The position numbers were made by a program, and so were the translations under genes. Under the pieces are notes generated by a model. That model had not been told where the DNA came from. It saw only the letters and a list, made by a program, of their open reading frames with translations, and made no database searches. This document shows, in pieces, positions 1-13,090 of a stretch of DNA of 64,000 nt. The DNA comes from Leptogorgia sarmentosa. Taxonomy: Eukaryota. The DNA lies in assembly GCA_964658305.1 (NCBI GenBank), contig OZ210885.1, forward strand, positions 19,530,001-19,594,000, given 5' to 3'. Numbering within the stretch: position 1 is the first letter of the stretch; every line of letters begins with the position of its first letter.

Positions 1-361
1 GTGTGACTAAACGATTTTGCTATGGGCAAACCCAGTAAAGCAAATGCCTTATACTGTATATTGCAGATAATCCGGAGCTATCTTATCGATAAACAAGTGC
101 ATCTTTTGACCAACAAATTGTGCAACTCCGACACAGTTGCTGAAATACGCGATTTCTGTCGGCAACTTTCACTGTCAAAACCCAGGTAAATACCGTGACT
201 TTCTTGTTATTGTTAGTTTTTGAACCGTTAAATTCCTAGCTGTGAGAATATAGCGCTATGCTAACGGTGCAGGCCAACCCTTTGATTAATAGTTTCTTAT
301 ATATGTTGTTTAAAAACCCGGAAGCTGAACCTTTTTAAATTTTCAATAATATTTTCTTTCA

Positions 362-937
362 TTGTACGGCAGGTCAGACTGGATGCTTGTAGGAGAGGAC
401 ATATTGTTTTCAGTCCCATTCAAAACACGCGTAATCAATGCGTTGGAGTTGGATGCCCTTAATAAACTTTGCACCACTATTGGATTAAATTCCGTGAATT
501 CTGATGTGTCAGGCAGTTATTGCCAGCGGATTTCGAAATCAGGAGAAGTATTCCATACACGGACTTACAAGAGATCTAAAAAATCATGCAGTACTGTGGT
601 TCAATTCTGCCTGCCAAATAATGAGAAAGATTTACGCTATGGGGAAATTCAAGAATTCCTATGCATTCCTTCCCTAAGTGTGGCTTTTGTTCAGCCTTTT
701 ACGGAAATTGTGACTAGCATTTGCAAAAATGAGATTGCTGCCCCACGTGATTCAACTGTTAATGAATTTTGCTCAAAAAAGCTACTTGGGATTCACCACA
801 CTCCAGTCTCTTCCGCTGATTCTGATCTGATAGCCATTTTGTGCAAAGATATATTGGCTAAATGCATAGTTGTTAAAACTAATGAACTTTCTGTCCATGC
901 ATACATCGCTCGTGTTAATGATGTTAATTGTACATAG
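362..937 (+). pseudogene. C-terminal exon/fragment of a CACTA/EnSpm-type transposase
   Basis: ORF has 'GEVFHTRTYKRSKKSCSTVVQF...YGEIQEF', typical of the C-terminus of animal CACTA/EnSpm transposases; followed by a subterminal-type repeat cluster. Confidence 0.55.
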
Positions 938-1657
938 GTCGTATCATGTTAAATAAAAAATCAATGAAAACTAAAAAACCGCCCATAGTTGACGTCCATC
1001 CCACGGGGTAACCTCAACGCAGTTATGACGCCAGCCTCCCTAACCATACCACAGGGACTCCAATAATAGTCGATGGACTTTGACTGGGTGCATGGGAGGA
1101 CGCGCACCAAGACCCAAACTTATCACGTGCGCTAGCACACGTATAGATGGCACCTTTATCTTTCCCCAGTCACACACTAAATGTATACTCGCCCGCATTT
1201 AACTACATCACAGCAGTCATTATGAGGGAATGTGGTACATATCATATTACTGCGCATGCTTAGGTATTGAATAATTGTTTACATTTTTAAAAGGTAAAAA
1301 CCTTTTCTGAGTTGGACCACGGATTAGTAAGATGTCTAATCTGTGGCTGAACTGACCTGAAGTCAATGATATCACTGTTTTGACGTTGTCGTTGTCGACA
1401 AAATTCAGACGTTGGAGTTGTCTGCTATTTTATATGCAACACGCATGCGCCCACATTTACCATCACTGTAATATCAATGTGAAGTAACTGAACTTGTATC
1501 AATGGTTAAAACTACTACAGCCATTTTGTCAGTGCCATAATAGTTTTAACAAGCTCACAATCTACTGCATGTACCAGCGAAATATCTTAATTGACGTCGC
1601 GGCGCACGAAATTATGATTCGTGTCGAGACTGACATTCGATATAACAACTTCTACGT

Positions 1658-1943
1658 TCTTGGCAAAATCTTGAAAAACCATGACAAGGTTTTGATATAC
1701 CTTGACAAGATCTTGTCAAGGGTACTTCAATATCATGGCCTGATCTTGAGAATTTCTTCGCAAGATCTTGAGAGACCTTGGCAAGATTTTGTACGATCAC
1801 GACAAGATCTTGCCAAGGATATGACAGGATCATAACGCAATCTTAGACTGTTCTTGGCAAGATCTTGAGAGACCTTGGCAGGATTTTGAAAGATCATGAC
1901 AAGATCTTGTTAAAGTTGCTTCAAGATCATGCTTCAAGATCAT
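1658..1943. repeat. Cluster of palindromic CAAGATCTTG/CAAGATCATG motifs (CACTA-like subterminal repeats)
   Basis: Many copies of (G/A)CAAGATCTTG and variants; abruptly cut at about 1943 by Pao sequence. Confidence 0.7.
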
Positions 1944-4900
1944 GATTGTGATGAACGGACTCATGGTGTTCGACAATAACAAGTTCAGTAAAACGGTGTT
2001 TACTTGGGAGAAGAATGGTTTTTTTTGCATTTTCTGCCACACGCGATTCGTCGATTCTACCTTGACAACGTACTAAGTTCTCCTGGCCTAGAAATAGCCC
2101 CAATTGTCTCACGAGGTGCGGTTCCTCACCTTTCGATTTAAGCAAGTGATCTAGTGATCTGTTTCTTCCACGAAATGTGAACATTGTAGCGAACGTATCC
2201 AGAGTTTCTCGGCTTCTCACAGTTCCTCGCCAGATAATTCGACCGATGTAAATTTTTCACGTTTTACTTGAATGCGAACGAGTCGTTTTACGTAGGCTGT
2301 TACTCGCAGCAACTTTGTTCTCGTACTATGGCAATTGCAATCGATTATAGCATCGAGATTTGGAGATGCTTTAACGACATTTGCTAAGGATCGTGTGATC
2401 TCAGGCTGAGACCTAGGCTTCGATAACTCTTCCTTGGCTTGAACATCGTCATGGTCCGGTTCGGATGGCCAGAGATCTTCAGTCAATCGTAGGAACTCCG
2501 GGCCCTTCCACCATGTTTCATTATCAAGAAGCTTTGACGCATTACATCCTCTAGAGGGTAAGTCCGCTGGGTTCCGTTCACCGGGGCAAAACTTTCAGTC
2601 TTCTACGTTTGTAAGCTCTCGTATGTTGTTGACGTGAATTTGGACGTACGTTTTCCATGCTCTGTTGTTTCGAATCCAGCATAAAACGGTATGCGAATCT
2701 GTCCACAGTACGACCCGGTGGAGAACTGGCAATGACGTAATGGCCCTTTGCACAGAGTTGATGAGCCGAGCGAGTATAACTGTGCCTAATAATTCTAACC
2801 TTGGTATGGATTGTTTCTTAACTGGAGAAACCCTGGTTTTCGAGGCCACCAACCTCACTTCAGTTCCTCCGTATACATACTCCGTTCGCAAATATATCAC
2901 TGCCGCATATGCCTTACATGAAGTGTCAGAAAATCCATGCAGCTCGAATCGAATTGGACTGTTCGAAACTGTTCGGTAGTGCAAATGGCTTCAAACTTGA
3001 TAGGTCGTCAAGGATCTGGTTCCATGTATCTAACGCCTTTCCAGTTAAGGGATCGTCCCAAACCACACTTTCCTTGCACAAAAGCTGGAACAATACTTTC
3101 ATAACGATCGTAAATGCCGAGAAAAATCCCAGAGGGTCGAAAATCTTTGCCGATACCTTTAGGAGTGAGTCCTACCATACTCTGCCAACTTTGACAAATC
3201 ATACTCGAACTCGTCCTAGTCCACATTCCAGGAAACTCCAAGAATCTTGACATTGGAATCAATTTCACTTCCGAGGGTGATCTTATCCTCGTGGATTTCG
3301 CTAGAATCCACCGTGTTGGAATCCTCCGGAGTTTCTTGTTTCTCCGTTGTTACATATTCCTAAAGGTTTGGGAATTAGAAGTCCATTTTCGTAAATTAAA
3401 TCGAATCGCTCTTACCTTCTTCCATGATTAAATTAGATTTGTCGTAAATCTCGACAGCCCCGGCATCGTCCCATGCATCCGAGACTAAATCATCTACATA
3501 AAACGATCCTTTTAATTGTGCAACGATCTCTGCATGTTCTTCAGCACGACAATCCGGATGATGATCTATTAATGATGGCAATATTGCAGGACTTGGTGTG
3601 AGGCCAAACACAAGGTGACAAAACTGGTAGTGTACAATTTTAGGATTTTCCTTGGAAATGTCATCGAACCACAGAAAGTGAAGCATCGGTCGGCTCAATC
3701 TCGATTTGGTGGAACGTCTTTTCAACGTCAGATGCCACTCCAATCGGAAATCCTCTGAATTTAATTAAAACATCAAAGAGATGTGGTACCAAATTGGGCC
3801 CCTTTTCAAGGCACTCGTTAATCGATGCTGTAGTCGCGTCTCCGTGCTTGGCTGAGCCATCAAAAACAATGCGTACCTTTGATGTGAGCTTTTCGCGACG
3901 TACAACTCCGTGATGCGGCAAATAGTGTGTCGAGCCAAATTCAGTGGGTTCAGAAACCTGTTTGATAATCCCAGTCTCTGATTGTCGTCACATGACAATG
4001 TCGTACTCTTCCAACAACCCTGGTTCGCTCTTTAAACATGAGTAAACATGTTCTAATCGCTTGACACACTGTGGATAACCACTGGATTGGAGTAAACAGC
4101 CATCCTTCCAGGGCAAGCTAACTTGATATCGTGACTGAGTTTCATCGTACCTCACATCTCTCAAAAACTCTTGGGGCATGGCTTCCGCTTCCTGTGCAAT
4201 CCCAATCGATTTTGTATTCGAAAACTTGTCGAGTACTTCTGTCAGCCGCTCATGCTCGTTTCTTACGAGGGTGTCGTATTGTAACATGGCTGTCTGTGCT
4301 GCAACAAAATTTACAACCGTCTCAGCTCGTTCGGAATTTCGAGCTTTCGCACCTCCACATATCAACCAGCTGAACTCACTATTTACAGCGCACAGCCCTT
4401 CTTCACCTCGTCGTATTTCGCCAGTTATTATATCGTAGTAGTGGTCCGTCCTAATAAGAATATCAATCTCTGGTGACGTACAACTGTTGGTTGACAGATT
4501 ATCATCTGCCAATTCTAGCCTGTCCAAATGAGGGCATTGGTCCATGTCTAGTGTCGTGGAAAGCGCAGCGCATATCTTGGAAAAGGTAAGAGCGCTTATT
4601 TTAATGTCCTTGCTTCGTCCTCTCAGTTGCAGTCGAACTCGGTCGCACTTTCGCTTCTGCACTTGGTCATGGCCAAAAGTGTTCAAGTTGAGCACTTTAG
4701 ATTTCTCAGCAACCAGTCCAAGTTCGTTCTTTAAGGGGTTAGTAATATAGGTGCGCTGACTTCCGCTGTCCATTAAGACTCTTACAGGCACTTGGTTTCC
4801 TCCAGCGTATGCCTGGGTCGTTGCAGTTTGCAGGAAAACTCTTCGCTTATTTGCCCTTGCACCTCCTGTTGCAACCACAGTTTGGTTAGCGGTGATGACA

Positions 4901-6099
4901 TGATCCTCACCCGCCACAGTTGCTGTGAGTGAGGGTGTTTCTTCCGGTGGCTTCGCGCCACCAGCCGGTGTCGGCGTACGTGGAGCCCCAGCTTTGGTTG
5001 AATTAAAATTCCTCTCACATATTGATTGATGGTGTTTCCCATTACATTAGTGACACTTTCGTGAACAATGATTACCCCGATGACCAAATTGTAAACAAAC
5101 GAAACATCTACCGTCTCTTCGCAAAATGTCCTTTCGATCACTGGATTTTGAGACAGCCTCACATGAGGCAGAATGATGTTGTTTGCCGCAAAAAGCACAC
5201 TTAATTGTAAATGTATTCTTTCCTGGGCTCCGTTCGCCACTAGTGATGCTGTTGAGCCGACATTCTTCGGAGTTTGTACCTTCTTTGCCTCATTATTTGC
5301 CTTAACGTGTTCGCTTAGTTCTCTCGCCTCCCTTCTAATTATTTCTAATAAATCTTTTATCTCCCACACATCCTTCTTCGTGGTTCTTGCTATTTGTAGA
5401 TGAACGTCACTGGGCAACTTCGCTCAGTGATGTAGAACGTAGGGCTTGTTGCTCCAACAGCAAGACGAGATAATTAAACTTGTCAATAACCGTCAACTGG
5501 GTATTGTTGTGCACTGCGCTTTCGAATATCTCCCAAAACGCTCGATAATTTGTTACCTCACCTTTGAATTTGGGCAGAATCAGCTTTGGTCATTTTGATC
5601 TCACCGTACCCACGTTCAAGTTCGCCACCAATTGCGGGTACGTGTTTTCCAACTGCGTATTTGTGCCTTCCAATTGCGTGTTCGTGCCTTCCAATTGCGT
5701 GTTCGTGCTCGTCAGCGAACTTGGTGTCAACATGTCTTCACTCTCCTGAGCTGTTGTTGGCATATTTTGCTTCGTTTCCTTAGCTTTCGTTGCATCCATG
5801 GTCGTATCAATACATTTGCTCGTAAATTTTGTAACCTTAACCCATATATCGCAAGCTCTAGAGTATACCTCTTCCGTTTCATCGATTTCTCGAACGATAT
5901 CATCCACGTCGCATAGCTCCAAAATTTGACTATCAAATTGCTTCAACAACTCCATTTTTCCGTTTAACAAATCAGAAATTGTACTCAACCTTTTGCTCAC
6001 ATCCCCCGATTTTTTCTCAATGCTCAACAGTTCGATTGCCTCTTTCGTATATTTCGTTACTACGGCTCGATTTCCCGATCTTATGGCCTTCAATCTCAC
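1944..6099 (-). mobile_element. Degenerate BEL/Pao LTR retrotransposon internal region (gag-PR-RT-RH-start of IN), both ends truncated
   Basis: Frameshifted ORFs in order: gag N-terminus 'RLKAIRSGNRAVVTK', aspartic protease 'VLMDSGSQRTYIT', RT 'PHHGVVR...RIVFDGSA', 'FYVDD', RNase H 'ELHGFSDTS...IPRLELL', integrase start 'ILLPSKHRFTELVI..HH'. No LTRs seen. Confidence 0.92.
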
Positions 6100-6835
6100 T
6101 TTACAATATCAATTCACCCAACAAAAGAGCCTTGATACAGGTGGTGGAAACGAAAATTTTCTCATGTCGCGTCAAAGGAGAAGCCAAAAACTGTGTGTGA
6201 TGCCATAAAGAAATGCAATGCCGCATTTTATCCTGCAATCAGTAAAATCTTGACAATTTTTTTAACCGTTCCTGTTGGAAGTGTGTCTTGTGAAAGGTCA
6301 TTTTCAGCACTTAGGCGCCTTAAACTTTGGACGCGAGCGTCAATGAATGAAGAACGCTTAAGTGGACTAGCAATGCTTATGCTTCATCAAGACTCCTCCA
6401 TTATCCCATCGGCAGAGGATGTTTATGCTCGAAAGGGTAAATGGCGCATATAATGTTGTGAACCGCTGAGTCGACCATAAACATCTGACCGATATACTTA
6501 TACGTTTATATTTCATATAATTGTATGTATTAAAATATGTCATAAAATATTTATTGCATTTGCATTGCTTTTAACCGTTTGTTCCATTATTCCAGGATTT
6601 TCAGACATTCGTCTCCTAATACGGAAAGTAATTTTTTTGAAGTGTATTTAGTAATTTTACTACTAATTGTAGTATTTTTTTGAGCATTAGATACCATGTT
6701 CTGTCTCGCTCAAAATTGTGCGGGAAATTGCATTGCAGGGACTTTAAATTTCGAATATTCACTGAAATTGTCTCATCATTCCTCCCGAAGAAAGACCACT
6801 GCCCCCCCAGTTAAAAATTCCTGTGTACGGCCCTG
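6100..6835 (+). mobile_element. 3' end of a hAT transposon (dimerisation domain plus right TIR)
   Basis: 6193-6453 'TVPVGSVSCERSFSALRRLKLWTRASMNEERLSGLAML'; terminus ...AATTCCTGTGTACGGCCCTG at 6835 (reverse complement CAGGGCCGTA, a hAT-like end). Confidence 0.85.
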
Positions 6836-6945
6836 GATGGTAATACCATTGCAGATTTTCACATGTGTTTGCAGAAAGAAACTCAGCTACGTCTTCGTCG
6901 GTGAATAAATCGTATGATTTTCGACAAATGTCCGATTTATCGCCT

Positions 6946-7222
6946 TCTAACTTAACCCATCTTTTTCGGCAACTTATAAATTTTAATAAACGCGGGCCAG
7001 TAACTTGTGTGAGAGGTTGTGATAGTGATACATTGTCAAAATGAATAAAACATCTGCATAAATTTATAATGTTGGTCATTCTTTCTTAACCAACCTTTTT
7101 CGGCAACTTATATACTTTAATAAACGCTGGCGGGTAACTGTGTGAGAGCTTGTAATTGTCAAAATGAATAAAACATGACAAAAAAACACCTACACAAATC
7201 TAAATTTATAATGTCAGTCATT
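6946..7222. repeat. Two-copy diverged tandem duplication (about 135-140 bp unit)
   Basis: CTTTTTCGGCAACTTATA...TTGTCAAAATGAATAAAACAT...AAATTTATAATGT occurs twice in tandem. Confidence 0.75.
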
Positions 7223-7612
7223 TAGCAAAACAGGAAACCCCCTGATCCAGGATACCACGTTGCCTGATCGCAGGCAAAAGTTCGTGTTGCCTAGGTGATA
7301 ACATGAAAAATGTTCAGAAATTCAAAATGGCGGCCAGTTACGGAGACAGAAAATGGCACAAGTTTGATGTTAATTTTCTACTTATTGTGCACAATTACGA
7401 ATGGGGTTTGCAGATCTTGAAGCAGTATTGTAGAGCATCTACAATTCAATCTACATCCTTTAGCATCACTATTACTGTATGATAAAGATTGGTTACTCAA
7501 ATGTAGATCAATACATTCAAAAATATCTACAAAAATATCCAGACTAAATGTACTAAATGTATACCTGGTTTGTCTCATGCCTGATTGTAAGGGAACTTCG
7601 TGCTTATAAACC

Positions 7613-7756
7613 AAAATATACATGTTGTGAACTGCTAAATGTGTGTATTTTGCTGACATTGAGCGAAAGCCCTTCATCACAGTGAATGATGAAGGGCTTT
7701 TGCTTGAAACATCACCAAATTACACACATTTGCCAGTTCACAACATTTATATTTTT
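7613..7756. repeat. Inverted pair of Penelope-like termini with degenerate minimal hammerhead motif
   Basis: Arms of about 65 bp in inverted orientation around CAGTGAA; TGATGAAGGGCTTTTGCTTGAAAC at 7687-7710. Confidence 0.5.
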
Positions 7757-7952
7757 GAAATACCTTTGAAAGGTTGACTATTATTTCTGAACTTTTCTTT
7801 TTACTGATCATTAACACTTACCATGAAGCAAAGACTAATACTTATCCTAGTAGTATTACCTCTTAAAGCTTTACTGACACATCAGTACCACTCAAATTTT
7901 TTATTTATCCCATTAATGCAGTAGCTGGCCGCAACCGGCCTCTCTATTTTAC

Positions 7953-9370
7953 CAGGGGCGGATAAACAAATTTTGGTCCTGGAGCTATTAAACTCATGGG
8001 CCTATATAAGTACAGTATATATTAACCAAAGCCAGTGTTTTGTTTTGATTTTTTAATTTAAGTTTGATAATTAACAAAACGTTTCTATAACAGGGCTTTC
8101 CTTGATTTTGCTGTAGCAATGTTCTTAATAATTACTGGTAATTGCAAATGGTCTAGTATGTCGCTCTCAACACACACCAGCGATAAGAAATTCAGGCGAT
8201 CTTGGCCAATGCTTGAGCGTAAACTGTTTTTCAAATGCTTCAGAACTGAAACTGAACGGAAATATTTCGCACACAGCTGCAAATTGTTCAATTTCATCCC
8301 CCATAGTTTCTTCTTCTAGGTCGTCAAAATATATGACAACCAATCAACTTGCCCTGTCACGAAGCTCCTGCGTTGGCATTGAATCTATAAAGGCCAAAAA
8401 TCCAAATCTCTCTCTAATTAGGTTGTATGCTCGAACCTCTTACTAAAAGCAGCTGTCAATTGATCGACAATAAGAAGAAAGCTATTGACTTTAAAGTTGT
8501 TGGATGGAGAGAGAGTTACATCTTCCACATCTCTGTGGTCCCATCTTGTATTCCTTTTCTGTTTTCTCAACAGTTCCTCTTTGTAGGTGAGACAACCCTT
8601 TTTGTTCATATTCTGCAAATAGTGGGCGGATTTCCTACAAGAACGTTGTCAATGACTCTAGACTCTAATAATTGCGTACCCGAATTCAAATCTGTTCGGA
8701 TTTTGCAACTGCTTGCTTGTATTGTTAAACCTTCCCAATATTGTGGACCATACCTCAAACATAATTCCAGTTTCCAGCTGATTTAGTATTGAAAACAGAC
8801 CTTTTGCCTTTTCCTCCTCATCCTCAGATATCACTTTAAGAAGGTTTTTAATACTGGGGTATCCCTTTTTTAATGCACAAATAGCATCTGCATGAGCCGA
8901 CCATCTTGTGTCAGAGAGGCGCTTGACTGTTGGTGCTGCTGATTTTTCAAGGGCATCGCACAAGATTTTCCAGTGGTGTATGGAGGTTGAGAAAAAGACA
9001 TATATTTTCTGCAGAGCACTAAAAAATAGAACAGCTTTTGTGCAGCAATCTACAGCGCATTTTCCAACCAAATTTAGGGAATGCGTGCAACATGGAACAT
9101 ATTCTGTGAGATTATTCTTTTCTTTGATTAGGGCCTGCATACCGTTATACTTCCCACTCATGTTAGAAGCGTTATCGTAGGACTGACCTCTACAGTCTGC
9201 GATGTCAATACCAAAATCGTCAAACATGGACATACTGGAGCTGAACTCGCAAAAGCAAAACTTTTGCCAGTTCAGCTCCAGTATGTCCATGAATCCGTAG
9301 AAAGCACTCAATGTACATATCTTATGTACAACATATCTTATGATAACTGGATTTCCTGTAGTTTGCATGA
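7953..9370 (-). mobile_element. hAT (ZMYM1-like) transposase pseudogene with probable terminal CAGGGGCGGAT
   Basis: 'CRGQSYDNASNMSG', 'YVPCCTHSLNLV', 'LSDTRWSAH', 'LKNSLRSSIGQDRLNFLSL'; frameshifted. Confidence 0.88.
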
Positions 9371-10129
9371 TTGCGCGATTTCACTGTACGCTCTTAGCCA
9401 ATTAGATTGCTTTTACCATCTACAATGTATAATAATAATAATTATACCTGTTAGGGGATATTTGCTTGAGTCTATACGCCACCCTAAGCACATGGTTGGC
9501 GATAAAGTCAATTAATCCATGTCCTATTGGATTAACTCAAAACATGAGCAGTTACCCATCTGTTTTATTGAAAATTATGTACTGATTGTTTCAAGATATT
9601 GCTTGCCTGTCATGCCTAATCACAGATATGGCTTTGATACAGGACCGAGGATCAATTGGGATAAATTCAAGATTTTGGAATTCTTATATTCAATAATTGT
9701 TTTATGATTTATTTGTATCTTAATCGGACTTAGGGTAAGAGCACTGTACACAAGAGACTTTCTTTGGAAAGCCACACTTTGTATTTTTCAGTTTTGACTA
9801 AGCGGAATAAATTAGTCGACGTCATAATGTCATATAATTTCCAATATACGATATGATTACGTTGTAAGGTCGTATATGAGGATTTCACTCACTGCCCTTA
9901 ACCAATCAAAACTCTTGAATTATTTGAAATAAATAATAATAGCTATTATATCTTAATTCCATGTTCAATATATTTTTTTTTGCTTGTTGTTGTTTCCCGC
10001 TACCTACACTGGATCCCATATAAAATTTAATCTAAACTTCATTATGTAGCCTGCGTGCGTAGCATTTCACTATGTCAACAAACAGTTTTTACTACCTAAA
10101 AGATACAATAAGATTCAATGTTATCAATC

Positions 10130-11260
10130 TCATCAAGTGTCTTTGTCCCCTTTAGTGATCTTGCCCTCCCGTTGTCTATCGCCAAAAGCAGTTTGCTTAC
10201 TTTTGCGAGCTCAATTGCTGAGTCAGGATTTTTCAGCTTTGGCTAACATTCCAAGGTAAATTGCCTAAGGCAATCTGTTCCTCTCAAATGCTCAACCGAA
10301 TCACGATGAGCCCTTGCGAAGACAAACGGGTTGTTTTCTGCCACTCCAACAGCCGACCTCAAAGAGTTGAGGAGATCAATTCCAGTTTTTAAGTCGGACA
10401 TGAGGATGATTGCAACTTTACGCCTTTGTTTTCCCCTGGTCTCAACCATGTCAAGCCTAAAATAGATAAATATATTTGAAAATCGAAATTTCTACTGCTA
10501 TATAGAGCATTATATGTATATTGTGTCCTCCATTTTTGTTTCCTTTCATTTCCATGGGTTTCCTTTCAATTCTATGCACAACTGAAGAAGCTTAATAACT
10601 GGCTGCATGGATTTTTTCGAAGCCATGGTCCAATCAGGTCTGCTGCTGTATGAACTGATCAGCAACTTTGATGCTTATCCTCCCCTTCTCTTATTGAGCA
10701 ATATTGCTCTCGATAAGAGAAGCTTCGCCAGCATGGTGCAGGATTTCACATTTGGGTCTTCCCTGAGATTTTTCGACTCAATTGCTGTCAATGTACGCTC
10801 GCAAACAAGCCAAATCTTCAGCAAGGGGAGGCACATGGACTTTGTTGAAGCGACGCTCATGGAGGGTGGTCAAAGAATGATGCGACACTCTATATTCCCA
10901 TTCAGATTGCATTATCTTCTGGAAATTCTTGATGGCTTTGAATCTCGCATCATCCTTCGACCAAAATCAAACAGCATTTGTGAATTGAGTAGCCAATCTT
11001 TAATGCGAGCGACGGTATGCCCACTTGCAGATGACTACTCTCTTCATGAAATCCTGCTATGTACCTGATAGCTCTCACGATGGTATCGAATTTCTTGGGC
11101 ATAAGGAAGTTGGATAGTTGCAGATTATTCCTTCTCTCAACAGACATCAAGCCTTCAACCAACCGTGCCAGGTCCCTCATTTTCTGTGAAATGAACTGGG
11201 CGTCTTTTCCACCCTGTTTCTCGATTGAGCATTGATCCAAATTGCTTTATGAGACTGTCT
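10130..11260 (-). pseudogene. Fragment of a tyrosine-recombinase-like TE protein (GKxxRKV family), intron-containing
   Basis: 'ISQKMRDLARL', 'PSLALKIGYS', 'ILLNKRR.G', 'VETRGKQRRKVAIIL', 'NPFVFAR...RGTDCLRQF'; putative intron at about 10457-10595. Confidence 0.55.
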
Positions 11261-11529
11261 TGAGTCACAATCTTAGTGAAATTTGCTTACGTTGTGGTCT
11301 TTATATTCGCTTGCTTGTTTCCAACGTGCACAAACAAGCTAACAACAATCAATATGGTTATGCACTGCTAATGACACATCATCAACTGCTAATGACCATA
11401 TAATGGTTATTTTATACAATAGTTAACAGAATAATGAGTCACAACCCTAAACATTTTGACGAAATAAGTTACAGTCCCAAACATTCCACTATTTTCGGCA
11501 AAATGTCTTTTGGCAAAATGTCCGGGTAC

Positions 11530-12040
11530 CCTACATGCACTCTTCAAAATCCGAAAACAACTTGATTTCCATAAACTATCCCCAAAACTATCAATTAAAA
11601 TCTTCAATGGAATAATTTCCCCAATCTTACTATACAACTCAGGGATTTGGGGAGCTTACGCCAATAAAGAATTCCCTAAATGGGACAACTCGTCTACCAA
11701 AAAAACACACCTAAAATTCTGTAAGATATACTTAGGTGTAAACAGAAAAGCAAGCAGTATTGCCTCCAGAGGCGAACTTGGTAAATTTCCTCTAATTATC
11801 TCAATATTCAAGCGACTGTTCACTTACATTAAACACATCAACCAACAACCAGACTCCAGTATAGTAAAATAATCTTTTTACATATCAAAAAGACTAAACT
11901 CAATCGGCAAAGAATCGCTCCACTTCAATATGGGCAACATCATCAAAAAATTCTATCCGGATGTGAAAGGAATAGATATTGAAAAATTTACCAGCGAAAC
12001 AAACATAAACGATTTTGTAGAAACAATTCAAAACAAACTA
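11530..12040 (+). mobile_element. Non-LTR retrotransposon fragment (post-RT region, RTEX/Proto2-like)
   Basis: 'ISPILLYNSGIWG...HLKFCKIYLGVNRKASSIASRGELGKFPL'. Confidence 0.7.
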
Positions 12041-12324
12041 TCAGACCTGCCAAGTCTCCCAAGCAAAAATGAGGGACGTTTGTTGGTTTCGAGTCATATT
12101 TATTACTATTTAGTATTACTTAGTACTAATGAGTACTAATGGCAACTTTCAGCTCAGAAATGAGCGACAACTCTAATGGCAACTGTATAATACACGAATA
12201 CACGATAGTATGCAATTCTTAACTTCCTGTTCACCAGGAACATCTTCTGCACTCTCTTAATGAATTAGAATCATAAGTAGCCCAACGCATGCATGACATA
12301 ACATTCAGTAGTATAATATGATAA

Positions 12325-12834
12325 GGTTGGCAAGTAAACAATAATATGACTCGATCGCTACCGCTTAAAACAAGGTGAAAAAATCAACCTCTAGCGAACG
12401 AACTTCTCTAAAAAATAGCAGCCCCTGCTTCTAGGATAGTATTACTAAATATATACAACGTTTTTTGGCAACAAAACGTGTGAAAAAGTCAAAAAAATAC
12501 GAAAGTTGCCGTTTGAAATAACGAATACGCAATCCTATTGGTGGGCTGTTTTGTCGATTTATAACCAATAGAATCGCGCATTCGTCATTTCCAACGGCAA
12601 TTTTTGCACGGCAACAGGCATCCAGCGTCGAGACACAGCAAATTAAGAGAAACTTTTCGTATTTTTTCGACTTTTTCACACGTTTTGTTGTCAAAAAACG
12701 TTGTATATATTTAGTAATACTATCCTAGAAGCAGGGGCTGCTATTTTTTAGAGAAGTTCGTTCGCTAGAGGTTGATTTTTTCGCCTTGTTTTAAGCGGTA
12801 GCGATCGAGTCATATTATTGTTTACTTGCCAACC
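12325..12834. mobile_element. MITE with near-perfect TIRs of about 180 bp (GGTTGGC...GCCAACC)
   Basis: 12325 to about 12506 is the reverse complement of about 12652 to 12834, with few mismatches; no coding capacity. Confidence 0.9.
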
Positions 12835-12836
12835 TT

Positions 12837-13090
12837 CCCAGCTAACAAAATTATGTTGTGGCAACGTTGTCCAAACGTTCGACGAACGTCGGGACAACGT
12901 TAGTAATTTTGGTGGTCGTGGTAACGTTTTTTTGTGAACACCTAAATACGTAGTAGCAATGTTGGGCATAACGTTGCGATTTACGTTACTACAACGTTCA
13001 AACGACGTTCCACAATAACGTGAAAAAAACGTCGAAAAAACCGTCGTTGGTTTAACGTTTTGCTGTAACATTGGATCAACGTTGTGACTT
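12837..13090. mobile_element. End of an EnSpm/CACTA-like non-autonomous element with AACGTT subterminal repeats
   Basis: Starts CCCAGCTAACA, followed by many AACGTT/AACGTC motifs. Confidence 0.55.

Noticed and set aside
1494..2042. ORFs rich in 'QDL/RSCQ'
   Set aside because: They are translations of CAAGATCTTG repeats, not proteins.
1944..6099. LTRs or primer-binding site of the Pao element
   Set aside because: None found; both ends are deletion junctions.
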